A DNA stretch of 64,000 bases from Microbotryum violaceum (taxonomy: Eukaryota). Positions 13,575 to 24,327 of this stretch are shown here, piece by piece. Positions within the stretch are counted from its first letter, which is position 1, and each line of letters opens with the position of its first letter. The position numbers and the translations under genes were made by a program. The stretch lies in contig CDLV01000005.1 of the NCBI GenBank assembly GCA_001244265.2, positions 2,790,001-2,854,000 of the forward strand, read 5' to 3'. The notes below the pieces were generated by a model. That model saw nothing but the letters and a program-made list of their open reading frames with translations. It made no database searches and was not told the origin of the DNA.

Positions 13575-14514
13575 CTAGCTGGAGTGTGCTCTCCCGAGCT
13601 GTTGAGCAGGTGTGGTGCGACCGAGTCGTGCTGCCACTTGTGATCGAAGGAGTCGTGCGGATGATGGGAAAGAGTCACCGTTCAAGTTCTGATCAAGATT
13701 CTGACTGGGAGTACTTCTGGAAGACCGACCTTCCTCTAACCAACATGTTGCTCTAGGCGGAGACCAGCCCAGTCAAGGCTGGTGATAGCAACGCGAGTCA
13801 GCCCCATCCCCACACATTCTCACCACGTGGTTCTGCGCCCAAGTCACGGCCCAGAAAGTGCTTGAATTTCTTGATTCAAATTCATGTTTTTTGCAAAGTC
13901 ACGATCAGGCTTGGCATCACCAGGCTTAAAGTGTTGTGATCCCAGGTGTCTCTTGTCATGAGGAGTTTAGACTAACTCCTGACAATGACTAAATTTGCCC
14001 CTAAACCGGCCGAGATTGCAAAATCGTTGCCTCTATTTGTGCCCTCTATAAGCGATACCGAGGAACTACGGGCACCGGATGTCCATTATGTCCGTCCTGA
14101 TGGAACACTGCTGATCCACCTTCCACCCATTTTGAAGGTCGAATTCCAGGGTGTGACTAAGCGTTGGTCATCGGCCCAATGAGCCTCGCTGCTTAATTTG
14201 GCAGCTGCCCGGGCGCCCGGGGCCCCCCGCCGGGTCGTGCTGGTGTAATCATCGCCCGTGCTGGCCTTACCACGTCGGGGAAGCGGAGGTTGCATACGAA
14301 GCTCACGAACCCTTCCCTCTCGCTCTCAATCTCTGCGAGCAGTCCTCATATTACTGGTTACTTCAACACACTAGCCATTCCACGCCTTCGCTACACCGCC
14401 TTAGCGGTGTCTGCACCCCTGCTCCTTGCGGTCCTCTGGCAGCAAAAGCTCATCTCTTCAACCGCGGCCCCCACATCGGCTCCGTCGCCCCTGTCGACCC
14501 CGCCGCTGCTTTGG

Positions 14515-15841
14515 ATGTTGCGTCGTCTAGGTCGCGTCTTCTCCACCACACCATCATCAAACGCATCACACCTAAACACTCAAGCATCAACTATGTCGAC
14601 CGCAACAACCACGAACCAGCATCTCGTCAACACAACGCCGGAGGAATGGCGCAAGGCGATCGCGGCCTTGCCGGCGCTGACCGAGACGGAGCAGCGCATC
14701 CCCGCCATCTTCCTCGCTCATGGTCAACCCATGTTGATCACTCCCCCTGAACTTATATCGGATGAACGCAAAGCCGGACTCGGCGAAGTGCAGGGACCTA
14801 ATAGTGCTGTAGGTCCCGTGACGTAGTACTCATGCTCGTTCATCTCGTCTCGGGGAGAAATTCCTCGGGGGAAATTCTCACTCATCATGTTCCCTCCCAC
14901 AATTCACAGCTCGTGCAATTCCTCAAGGACCTCGGACCGGCATTGATCGAAAAGTACAACCCCAAAGCCATCGTTGTCTTGAGTGCACATTGGGAATCCC
15001 GAGGGGGTGCGCTCGTCAGTGATTGGCAAGACGAGAACCCGCTTCTCTTCGACTGTCCGTCATACCGTACCAATCTTCATCTTCATCGACATACGACCAC
15101 TGACCGTCTCCTCCGTTTTTTTTTAAAAGATTTTGGCTTCCACCCGGCCTTGTACAAAGTCGAATTCCATTCCTCCCCCGACCACGCCCTCTCCGAACGA
15201 GTAGTGCACCTCCTCAATTCCTCCAACATCTCCGCTCGTCTCCTCGGACCTACCGAAAAACGCGGTGACGATGGTCGAGGTTTCCGCGGCACTGGATTGG
15301 ATCATGGCGTCTTTGTCCCCTTTAAACACATGTTCACCGACAATTGTCCGATCCCCATCGTTCAAGTTTCGATTAACCAATCCCTCCTTCCTCAAGATGA
15401 ATACGACTTGGGAGCGGCTTTGGAACCTCTTCGCTCGGAAGGGGTCTTGATCATTTCAGGGGGTTTGACAATCCATACCTTCCAGGACTTCAATGCCTTC
15501 TCGTTATCGAAATCACCGGAGATTTACAAGGAGTTTGAGAAGAGTATCATTGATGCGGCGGCGATTGATGATCCAGAGAAGAGGAAGAAGGCTTTGTTCG
15601 ATACGGCGCAGCATCCGGGTTTCAGAAAGGCTCATCCTAGGTCAGTGCATTGGATCGACTGCTAGTGAAGAAACATTCAGAGAAGATTCCCCTGACAAGA
15701 CGATTGAACTTGCGGTTCGTTTAAAGGGAAGAGCACTATGCGCCCATTTGGATCGCCGCCGGAGCCGCGGATAAGCAGGGCGGGAAAGCGAGCACTCTGA
15801 TGGGTCATCACGGATGCAAGACGATCGCCTTTGGTGTATAA
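14515..15841 (+). CDS. Extradiol ring-cleavage dioxygenase class III, subunit B (LigB / 4,5-DOPA dioxygenase-like)
   Basis: Motifs PAIFLAHG, VVLSAHW, GLDHGVFVP, IISGGLTIH and AHPR-EEHYAP across three introns. Alternative in-frame ATG at 14593. Confidence 0.9.
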
Positions 15842-16083
15842 TTATGAAGCTCTAGTAGGGTCATTTAGTGCTGCAGTACACGAGAACTTTCAAATGGTAC
15901 GACTTTGGGACCCACTGAGAAGCTCGAAGAGAGGAGTAAAAGCAACGTGATAATGTTTGATTTCAAGGAAAACGGAGCGAAGGCTCATTTGATAGGTTGA
16001 AGGATTATGCGCAAGCTGAACAGAGAAAGGAACAGGTCACAAAAGCTAATTCAAAGCGCAAAAGCGCAGAGACGTGATCTTGC

Positions 16084-17796
16084 TTAGGCCATGTTGGTAA
16101 AGTTGATCAAGTCCGACGTGGGCTGGAGCGACAAGCAAGCGCGCAAGAAGGCCTCGAGCGCGTTGCGTTGACGTGAGAACGAGTTGATGACTTGCTTGCC
16201 GGGCTTGACGAGGGGAGCCTTGAGCATGAAGGACAAGAGCGAAGCGACTTGGTACATTGACTCGAACTCGCCCTGACCGGCCTGACGGTAGGTGACACGG
16301 GTCAACAACTCGGCGAGCAAGGCCAGGTCGATGATCAAGGGGGTCGCGAGAAGCGAGTCCTGGCACTCGTTGAAGATGTTAAGCGTGTTGCGGCCACCCA
16401 TCATGATCTCCGAGTTGTACTCGTCGAGCGCGCGCTTGTCGTCACCGACGGCGGGCAGGTACTTGATGACGATGCAGTGATCGGGGTGCTCGGTCTTGCG
16501 AACCTTATCACCCTTGGCGACCTCCTTCTCGCCCTTGGGGTCCTCGAGGAGAGGCTTGTACAAGAGGTGATTTGCCTCGACCATGTCATCGACCACAGAC
16601 GACTTGGAGATCTCCTTGGAGCGGAACTGCTCGGGCGCGGACAAGTTGCGGCCGTCGTTGTTGCCCAAGTGGTTGTAGGATGCGATCGACAAGGGCTTAA
16701 TACCGGCGTTGACCAAGAACTCGGCCAAGACGGACTTGACTTTGGTCTGGCCGGACTTGAAGTCGTCACCACCGATGAGGGTGTTGTGGTGCTCGGCGAG
16801 CTCGATGCAACCGGGGACGAAGGTGTTCTGGGGAGCACCGTTGATGTAGGGGCAGCCTTCAAGGATAGAAGCCATCGCAAAGATGGTCGAGGGCGAGACC
16901 TCGGGGTGCGAGGCATCGACCGCCTTGAGGAGGTTCTCCTTGGTGTCGTTGATGCCGGGAATCAACTCCGAGTAGCGCTCGGTGTTGGCGGTCCAGAGCA
17001 CAATGACGGTGTCAAGGTTGTTGTTGGCCTTGAAGTTGCGGATGTCGCTGCGGATCTTGGCGAGGTGCTCGGCCTTGTTGTTACCGGGCAAAACGTTGTC
17101 GGCACGCTCCTCTTGGTTCGCGTTGATGAAGGTCGGGTAGTAGATCGACGGCATCGGCTTGAGCTCGGCCATCATGGGCGCGAGCTGGCGCTGAAGGTCG
17201 TAGTCCATGACCTTGGCGCGACGCATGGCGCGGTCGAGCGGCATCGCCGAGATGTCCCACCCGGTAACAACCAGATCGTTGGGGTGAACCATGGGCAAGA
17301 CGTCCGAGAAAGGGACGAAGACGTCGCGGCCGTTCTCGTCCTCACCGAGACGCACGGTCGAGGCACGGACGAGCGAGCCGAGGTAGTTGGGCGACTGGGT
17401 GCCATCGCGCGTGTTCCACGAGATGTTGTTCTTGTTGGCGAGCAAGGTCGCGGAGAGCGTCGTGCCGTTGTTTCCGCCCCAGCCGACGAGCATGAGACCG
17501 GTCTTGGGGACCTTGCGCAACGTCTTGAGCTCGAGCTCCTTGACGACGGGCTTGACTTGGTAACGCTCGCCGACCTTCTTGACGACGGACGAGTGGAACG
17601 AGTACTTTGCGATGAGCGCCTCATCGGTGTAGATGAGGTTCTCGGACTCGACTTGGACGCCTTCGACGGGGCGGCGCGCGGCGGTCGGGTCAACGATCGG
17701 GATCGCCGCCGAGTTGCCGTGCGAAGCCGACGCGTTGTAGCGCGACGCGGGCTGGGTCGACGCCGGGGCGGGGGGGTCGAGCGCGATGGGTGCCAT
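16084..17796 (-). CDS. INO1: Myo-inositol-3-phosphate synthase
   Basis: Uninterrupted 570-aa ORF with the four hallmark motifs GWGGNNG, LWTANTER, NGAPQNT and SYNHLGNNDG. Confidence 0.98.
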   Translation of the reverse strand: MAPIALDPPAPASTQPASRYNASASHGNSAAIPIVDPTAARRPVEGVQVESENLIYTDEALIAKYSFHSSVVKKVGERYQVKPVVKELELKTLRKVPKTGLMLVGWGGNNGTTLSATLLANKNNISWNTRDGTQSPNYLGSLVRASTVRLGEDENGRDVFVPFSDVLPMVHPNDLVVTGWDISAMPLDRAMRRAKVMDYDLQRQLAPMMAELKPMPSIYYPTFINANQEERADNVLPGNNKAEHLAKIRSDIRNFKANNNLDTVIVLWTANTERYSELIPGINDTKENLLKAVDASHPEVSPSTIFAMASILEGCPYINGAPQNTFVPGCIELAEHHNTLIGGDDFKSGQTKVKSVLAEFLVNAGIKPLSIASYNHLGNNDGRNLSAPEQFRSKEISKSSVVDDMVEANHLLYKPLLEDPKGEKEVAKGDKVRKTEHPDHCIVIKYLPAVGDDKRALDEYNSEIMMGGRNTLNIFNECQDSLLATPLIIDLALLAELLTRVTYRQAGQGEFESMYQVASLLSFMLKAPLVKPGKQVINSFSRQRNALEAFLRACLSLQPTSDLINFTNMA

Positions 17797-18893
17797 TGCG
17801 ATTGGGTTCAGAGACTTTAGTGGGTAGTGTAGAGGGACAGGTAGTGGGAAGTGTTGTGAAAATTAGGTGGATTGCTTATCTTCACCGGGTGCTGTAATCT
17901 TGCGAGCGCTGTAGGTGTGTGCATCGTCGTGTCAGCTCTACCTCTGGCATGCCCAGATGGTGTGCTCAAGTGCGCGGCGGGCGGCGGTTGGGGATGCCGA
18001 GCGGCTGGCGGCGTGTCGGCGTTGCTCCGCTCGGGCGACACCGTTCGGCGGCGGCGGCGCGCATTTCACGGGCTGGAGCACCGCGAGGGCCGCGCGTGCC
18101 TCTGCGATGGCTCGGTCTTGGCTGGCTGATAGGTGACGACGCCGTGTGCAATCACTTACCCGCGGTGCCTGTTGTGACTCGACGACTGTACGATGTGAAT
18201 AGAATCGTCAGCAAGGTGATATCTCCCAAGCAGAGCTCGTGGGGAGTACTTACGAGCTGGTTGCTAAACGTGTTGACGATCAGAAGGGCAAGGCCGCCTG
18301 GTTAAGCAAAGCCCAAGAGCACGTGTCAGTCCATCACTCTGTCACGTCCGAACCAAGCTCACGCTCATGCAGCATAGTACAGGTACTGACTTTGAGCAAG
18401 TGGCCTAAAAAGTTGAGTAAAAGGTGCGGGTAAGGGTACGGTGGAAGGGTACGGGTGGGAAAGCGGTTGGTGCGAGAGAAGAGGAAGGAAGCTAAGAGGC
18501 ATTGCGCGCGGTTTTCAACCTCGTTCGTGACCCCGGGCGATTTGACCCGACGAAATCAAGCCCCGGCGTCGGCGGCGTTGGCGACGTGTATCTTGATTTC
18601 TCGGCGATGCTGAGAAACGTTATAGGCATCTCCTTGAGTCTACTGTACCAGTCTACAGAGGCAAGAGCATAAGACGACACAGAGTTCTCCTCTCTAAGCC
18701 TAAAGCCACGATCGTGACGATCCGTCCATGTCGTTCCCGCCGGATCACCAGCATCTGCATCTGCTCGGGCCGCCTCGGAAAAGTCACGACTCAAGCCCAC
18801 GATTTCCGCTCCACTTATCCTTCTTTCAAGACTTCTTGCGTTTCAAATTACTCTAAAGCAAGCGTTACAATTCTATCACCACTCGATGCGTCT

Positions 18894-20397
18894 CTAGAAC
18901 TTGTACGTCTGCGATTCGGTGTAACCCAGGTCGGCCAAAAGGCCTTTCAGGGGGCCTTGCTCCATCTTGTCCTTGGGACCGGCTAGGGCGGCGACTTGGC
19001 CCGGGGGACCGCAGATGAAGATCTGTCGACGTCGAATTTTTTCAAGGGAAGAAACAGGATGGATCAGCCAGATTGACGGGAAAGCGAAATAGGGCGATAC
19101 GTCGCACGAACCTTGATCTTGTCACCGAACGCCGGGCCGGGCAGAGTTTGCGCCAACAGCTTCTGGTCAACGAAACCCTTGGCACCAGACCACTCAGCGG
19201 GAGGTTGATCGAGCACGAACTTGACGTCGATTTGACCTGGTCGCTTGGCGGCGAAGGCCTCTGTAGAAATCATCGACGATGAGCGCGTCAATGGCTTGAA
19301 GACCGGGGAGCCGAGTGAGAGCAGGCGATGAGAAATTTGACCTACCGAGTTCCTTGCGCAAGAGAATGTCGGCTTCGGTGACGTTCGAGTAGATCAAAGT
19401 AGCTTTTGTTTTATCGTTGGGGTCGTTGGCGATTTGTTGAAGGACTGTGAAATCACGAAAGCGGACGCTTGCGATGAGCAGCAATGCAACCGGAGATGGC
19501 ACTGGCTGATCTGTCTGTCTGCTTACTTTGCCACATAGGCGTCAACCCACTCCCACCAGCAATCAAAGTGATCGACTGTGAGAGAAAACGGCCGACATAC
19601 TCAAATCAGCTCGTCGGAGCGGCTTGAGAACTCTGTGGCCGATCAACTCACCTCGAACTGGTTGGCCTTGTAGGGGAACTTGGGGATGGGTCCCTTGAAC
19701 AAGAGGTTGTCACCCTCCTTGAGACCAAAGATGTGCTCCGTCATGGCTCCATCCTTGTAGTGCTTGACCAACAGATCCTATGAACGTGTGCCCCTCGGGT
19801 CAGTTCTTGACCCGAACCGCGCTTGGGCAGTGCATCATCTGGGGTTACCAAGGTGTAAGAACTGGTGCAAGATGAGCACTTACAAGCTTTCCTTGGGTAG
19901 AAGGCTCGGTGATAGGGGTGTAAGGTCGGACGGCGGGCTTGCCGTTCTTGGCCAAGCCTTCGCCTTCCTTGGCCGCCTTGACGACGAGAGCCGAAGCTAC
20001 GGTCAGTCCGGACGAGGTGCCCTCGGGGAGCTCGAACGTGAATTTGGATGTGTTGTGGTTGTAGGGAGTGACCTTGACCAACTTGAGGGGTCTGCGAGTC
20101 AAAGTGGGTAAGGGGTCGGCTTCCGGCGCTTAAGGAGGTTTCGAGGAAAACCCACTTGAACTCGTTGTTGGTCAAGGCGGGGGGACCGGCCACAACGGCT
20201 TGCTTGAATTGTTGGACCTTTTGACTTCCGTCACGGGTGCTTTCGTAGTAGGCACCGGCACTGACGACGCCGATAAAGAGGAGGACGGGAGCGAGGACCG
20301 GCGATGAAGCCGAAGGACCGGCCGACGTTGCGTACGAACGCATCGACGAACGCTGTGAACGAGTGAAGACGCGCAATATTAATACGTTGACGAACAT
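18894..20397 (-). CDS. MCR1: NADH-cytochrome b5 reductase, mitochondrial (Mcr1-like)
   Basis: N-terminal presequence plus TM segment, RPYTP flavin motif, IAGGSGLTP, LIYSNVTEADILL, ICGPPG; multi-exon. Confidence 0.88.
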
Positions 20398-20894
20398 TCG
20401 CAGCTTGGGCTTTGCCGCCGGATGGTCCCGGTGATGATGCGACGGGCCAGGAGTCGGGCGTTTGCTATCGATGACGCCAAGTTGCTAATCTGATTCGACT
20501 CTCCAGTACATGACCACTCACAGCTTGGGCCCTGAGCGAGTTTCCAAGGTATTGCATCATCTTGACTGGGCGTGTTATTTGTGGGTGGTGTGAAACGGCT
20601 AGGAGGTGGGGGTCCGACTCGATCGCCCGATTCGTCATCGGCTGGGCTGAGCGCACTGTTGGCGCACGGACCTCCCCAAGTCGTGCTCCGCCTCCGCTCG
20701 CCTGCTGCCTCCACTTGCCTCCACTGGCCCACCCCACGCACCGGCCCCACTACTGGCCTCCACCGCCGCGCGCTTGCCGTGATCGAGCCTTGCGAGCGGT
20801 GCCTCGAGCTCCGCTTTCGTCAACAGCATCGACTCTCCCTCCTTGCCTTCAGCTCGAGCGCTAATTACCGACCGTAATTCTCGCCCGACCCAGG

Positions 20895-22749
20895 ATGAGC
20901 TCACCACCAGTCGTTCTCGCTGATGGCAATGATCCACCTCCCGCCGATGCGGTCGATACGAGCTTGGCGGCAGCATCGGTGGTGCCTCAGTCGTCCGGCG
21001 TGCGATGGAAAGGGTTCGTCGCAGGGATCATGTCTGGCTTGACAAAGTTGACCATCGGACGTGAGTCGTAGACTTTAACTTTTTTTTTGTTTGTGGTCGA
21101 TCGCGTTTGACGCTTTCGCTTGTGTGGGCTGCTACAGATCCATTCGACTCGATCAAGGTCCGAAGTAGGTCACTTCTGCGAGCTCCACCTCCACTGAACG
21201 TCTCATCTGATTTCCTCGTCTGCCCCACCGTCTCTCAGTGCAATGTTCCGAATTGGGTACCTACAAAGGTCCACTCGATTGTCTCCAGCGAACAGTCAAG
21301 TACGAAGGTTTGCGAGCGCTTTACAAAGGTGCGCTTCAATCGAGGCTCGAGCGATGGATGACTTTACCCATCGGATGAGCTTCCCTCACTCGGCGATCGC
21401 CTTGATGCCGACCCAAGCTGAGACCCTTCATTTCCTTCTTCTTCTTTTCTGGGATCAGGCGCATCACCACCCGCTTTTGGATGGGCAGCTTCCGATGCAA
21501 TCCTACTTGGGTCGTTGCATAGTCAGTATATTCGAGCTTCGAAGCCTGACAAAATTTCATCCGACCGACCACGGGCTAATCACAGTTTTCTCCCTGCCCT
21601 CCGAAACCGATATGACCTGCCTTACGACTCGGCAGACTATCGATTGATGTTTGCGCGTATTGAAGGGAGGAATCGAGGAGAAGATGTGTCTGTCGTATCA
21701 GAGATTGGACGACTGAGTCTAGGAGGTCATGCTGTAGGTCCAAATTGGTGTCCGAGCCCTAGAAAGAGCTTTGGGGTTGACCATGTTGCACACACAGGCT
21801 GCGGGAGCGATGGCTGGATGGACCGTATGCACCTTCATCACCCCCTTTGAACATCTCAAAGCCAAACTACAGATGCAGACTGTAGGGCCGAAGCTGGTTC
21901 GTTCTCTGTTCTGCCAGCTCGGCGCAAACTCTTGCTTTTGCTGACCGGTTCCGACTCGAACGCGATACAGTACACCGGACCGATCGATTGCGCAAGGCAA
22001 ATAGTCAAAGCCAACGGTGTCACCGGTCTATGGCGCGGGTTTGGTGGAACATTACTCTTCCGTTCGTGGATGGGAGCATTGCAGGTCTTCTCGACTCTTT
22101 TTTCCCCGTCTCGTTCGAGCCTGTTAGCTGATCTTCCAGCCCTCTCTCTAGGTTCTGCTCGTACGAAATCCTGATGCGCAAGTTCCGAGACGTACCCATC
22201 GATTCACCCTATCGAGTCTCGGAAGGGACGGCGAATTTCCTCGCGGGTGGACTTAGCTCGAACGTCTTCTGGATCGGGGCGTTCCCTTTTGATGCGGTCA
22301 AGAAGTAGGTTTACGGAATAGGATCGAGGTCTCTGGTCAGGGCAGGGTGTATCGAATAGGCGATCTGACGCCGTTTTTCTTGCGTGTGTTCGCGCAGCCG
22401 CCTGATGACGGATTCGCCTACCAACCCAAGGTACCCGAGCTGGATGGCCGCCGCTCGACAGATTTGGGCCGAAGGAGGCGTTAGGGTACGTCAAATGACC
22501 GCCAAGTCCACTGGCCATTTGACTTACTGAAATCCTCGTCTCACTCATCAGGCCGTTTATCGAGGTTTCGTCCCATGTCTGTTGCGCGCTTTCCCTACAG
22601 TCAGTCCCCGTCTGTAATTTTTGAGTCGGGCATTTCCAACCTTCTTCGACTGAAACATTTTTTATACTCCTCTCTTCTAGAACGCCTCGGCCCTCTTCGT
22701 CTGGGAAACCTCGATGCGTTTGTTGGGCGCCGAGCAACTCAAAAAATAG
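20895..22749 (+). CDS. Mitochondrial carrier family protein (Ymc1/2 or carnitine-carrier-like)
   Basis: Three Px[DE]xx[KR] repeats (HPFDSIKVR, TPFEHLKAK, FPFDAVKN), YTGPIDC and GLWRG; multi-exon. Confidence 0.9.
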
Positions 22750-23664
22750 AACCAAAACGGAAAACTGTCGCCCCCGTCTCACAAAGTTTACAAACACACG
22801 GGTTTTTTCCGGTTCGGAATGGAAATTCGCACACCACTCATTTTTTTTAACTGACTACTTTGTTACCTTTGTTACCTTGTTGTATTTGAATAGCATGCAA
22901 AGCAAAAGGGTTGGGAATTGATCACATGGAATTTGCGCTCGCACTCCTCAGGTTGGCATAATGGGGACCGAGTTGCATAAGCTAGGGATACAAGAGGGTT
23001 CAAAGCAAAGATACGGAAGATGACCTACAGCGCGAGAGAAAGTGGTATGTTCGAGACGAGACGAGACGAAAAATGCATTAAATGTCGAGGAAAGCCTCCC
23101 AAACCCCCCAATCGTATCATCACCCCCACCGTGGGTTGCGGTTCCCCTATCCCCGTCATTTCCTTCACCTCCTGCACTTGCTCTAACGTCTCGGGCAGCG
23201 GCTTCCAGTACTGTCTCAACACCGTCGCTTGCGCCTCGAAAGCCGGTACCATCGGCAGCGGAAGTGTCTCTGGAGCAGGAAATACTGAACGCCTGCGTTT
23301 TGGACCAAACTCGAGATCATTCAGTCGTTGCATCCCCTAAACATCGAGGTCCGCTCGCGCGATCGTGTCTTCGTAGGCGTCTACAGCGGCGATCTGGTTC
23401 CAATTGGCGATGATACGCTCCGCCTTGTCCCACCCTCTCGAACCAATTCTTTGCGCTGGCTTCTGGTCGTACCAATCATCGGGAGGGACGCAGTCGATCT
23501 TATACGCTTCAAAATAGTACTCGAGGCGTCCGTACCTCTTTTCAGTGGAGAATCGATTTTACTTTCATGTCTGCCGCGTCTCTGGCTAGATTGGTCTCCT
23601 TTGCTCTTGGAGGTTGAAGGGGAACGTGTTGAGTTGACACTTGAGAAGTACACTCTGCAGGCTA

Positions 23665-23995
23665 CACGGGCAACCCTGTGGGCTGCGAGAACCGCACGGA
23701 TCCGTTTCTGGTTTCCGTATGTCCGGCTGGCGGGGCGGATCGTATGAATTCCGTAGTCTAACAGACTAGAATGATCGGAATTACAATCCACTTCTCCCCA
23801 AATCCCATACTTCGGGTGCATGAGAAACACAACAGACGACCGATACATGCTCTGAGGTCCTGTATACCCGTTTCATCCATGACATTTGCTGACAAGTTGA
23901 TGTTGTCATGTTTTGCAAACTATAAGGAATCCAGCAGGAAAATACCGAGTTTCTAAGATGGTCAACCATATCATGGCGATTGAGGGTTGCGCGGG
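23665..23995. mobile_element. 331-bp MITE with TA target-site duplication (Tc1/mariner-type signature), nested in the 5' LTR
   Basis: Absent from the 3' LTR (GGCTA^CATGAG). Flanked by TA...TA. Imperfect TIRs CACGGGCAACCCT / AGGGTTGCGCGGG (11/13). Confidence 0.85.
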
Positions 23996-24044
23996 TACAT
24001 GAGCGCGAGCGCGCGCGGGCTTTCTCTTAGCTTCCTTCTGATTC

Positions 24045-24243
24045 GAGCGTTCTAACGTATTGAACCACCTCGAATCGAGCGTTCTAACGTATTGAACCAC
24101 CTCGAATCGAGCGTTCTAACGTATTGAACCACCTCGAATCGAGCGTTCTAACGTATTGAACCACCTCGAATCAGGTCAGTAGTATTCACGGTATCATTGC
24201 AATAGTTAACTGAGCGTTCTAACGTATTGAACCACCTCGAATC
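24045..24243 (+). repeat. 32-bp tandem repeat GAGCGTTCTAACGTATTGAACCACCTCGAATC x4, plus one further copy after a 39-bp spacer
   Basis: Identical units at 24045, 24077, 24109, 24141 and 24212; the 3' LTR has only 1+1 copies. Confidence 0.95.
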
Positions 24244-24327
24244 AGACGCTGAGATTCTAGAGGTTATAAGCCCGACGACTTCGCACAGCTGCTGCCACGT
24301 TGCAGCGGTTCACCCGAACGCTCCACC

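Larger units (their letters stand above)
23627..24261 (+). repeat. 5' LTR (635 bp = 206-bp LTR + 331-bp MITE + duplicated TA + three extra 32-bp units)
   Basis: Starts TGTTGAGTTGACAC and ends GAGATTCTAGA, matching the 3' LTR apart from the insertions. Confidence 0.93.

Noticed and set aside
16477-17820. 447-aa antisense ORF over INO1, and similar shadow ORFs over the ABC and DBP3 genes
   Set aside because: A by-product of strong codon bias on the sense strand; no recognisable domains.
24045-24243. CRISPR-like 32-bp repeats with one 39-bp spacer
   Set aside because: Four of the five units are directly adjacent with no spacers, the array lies inside an LTR and is mirrored in the 3' LTR, the genome is eukaryotic and there are no cas genes.
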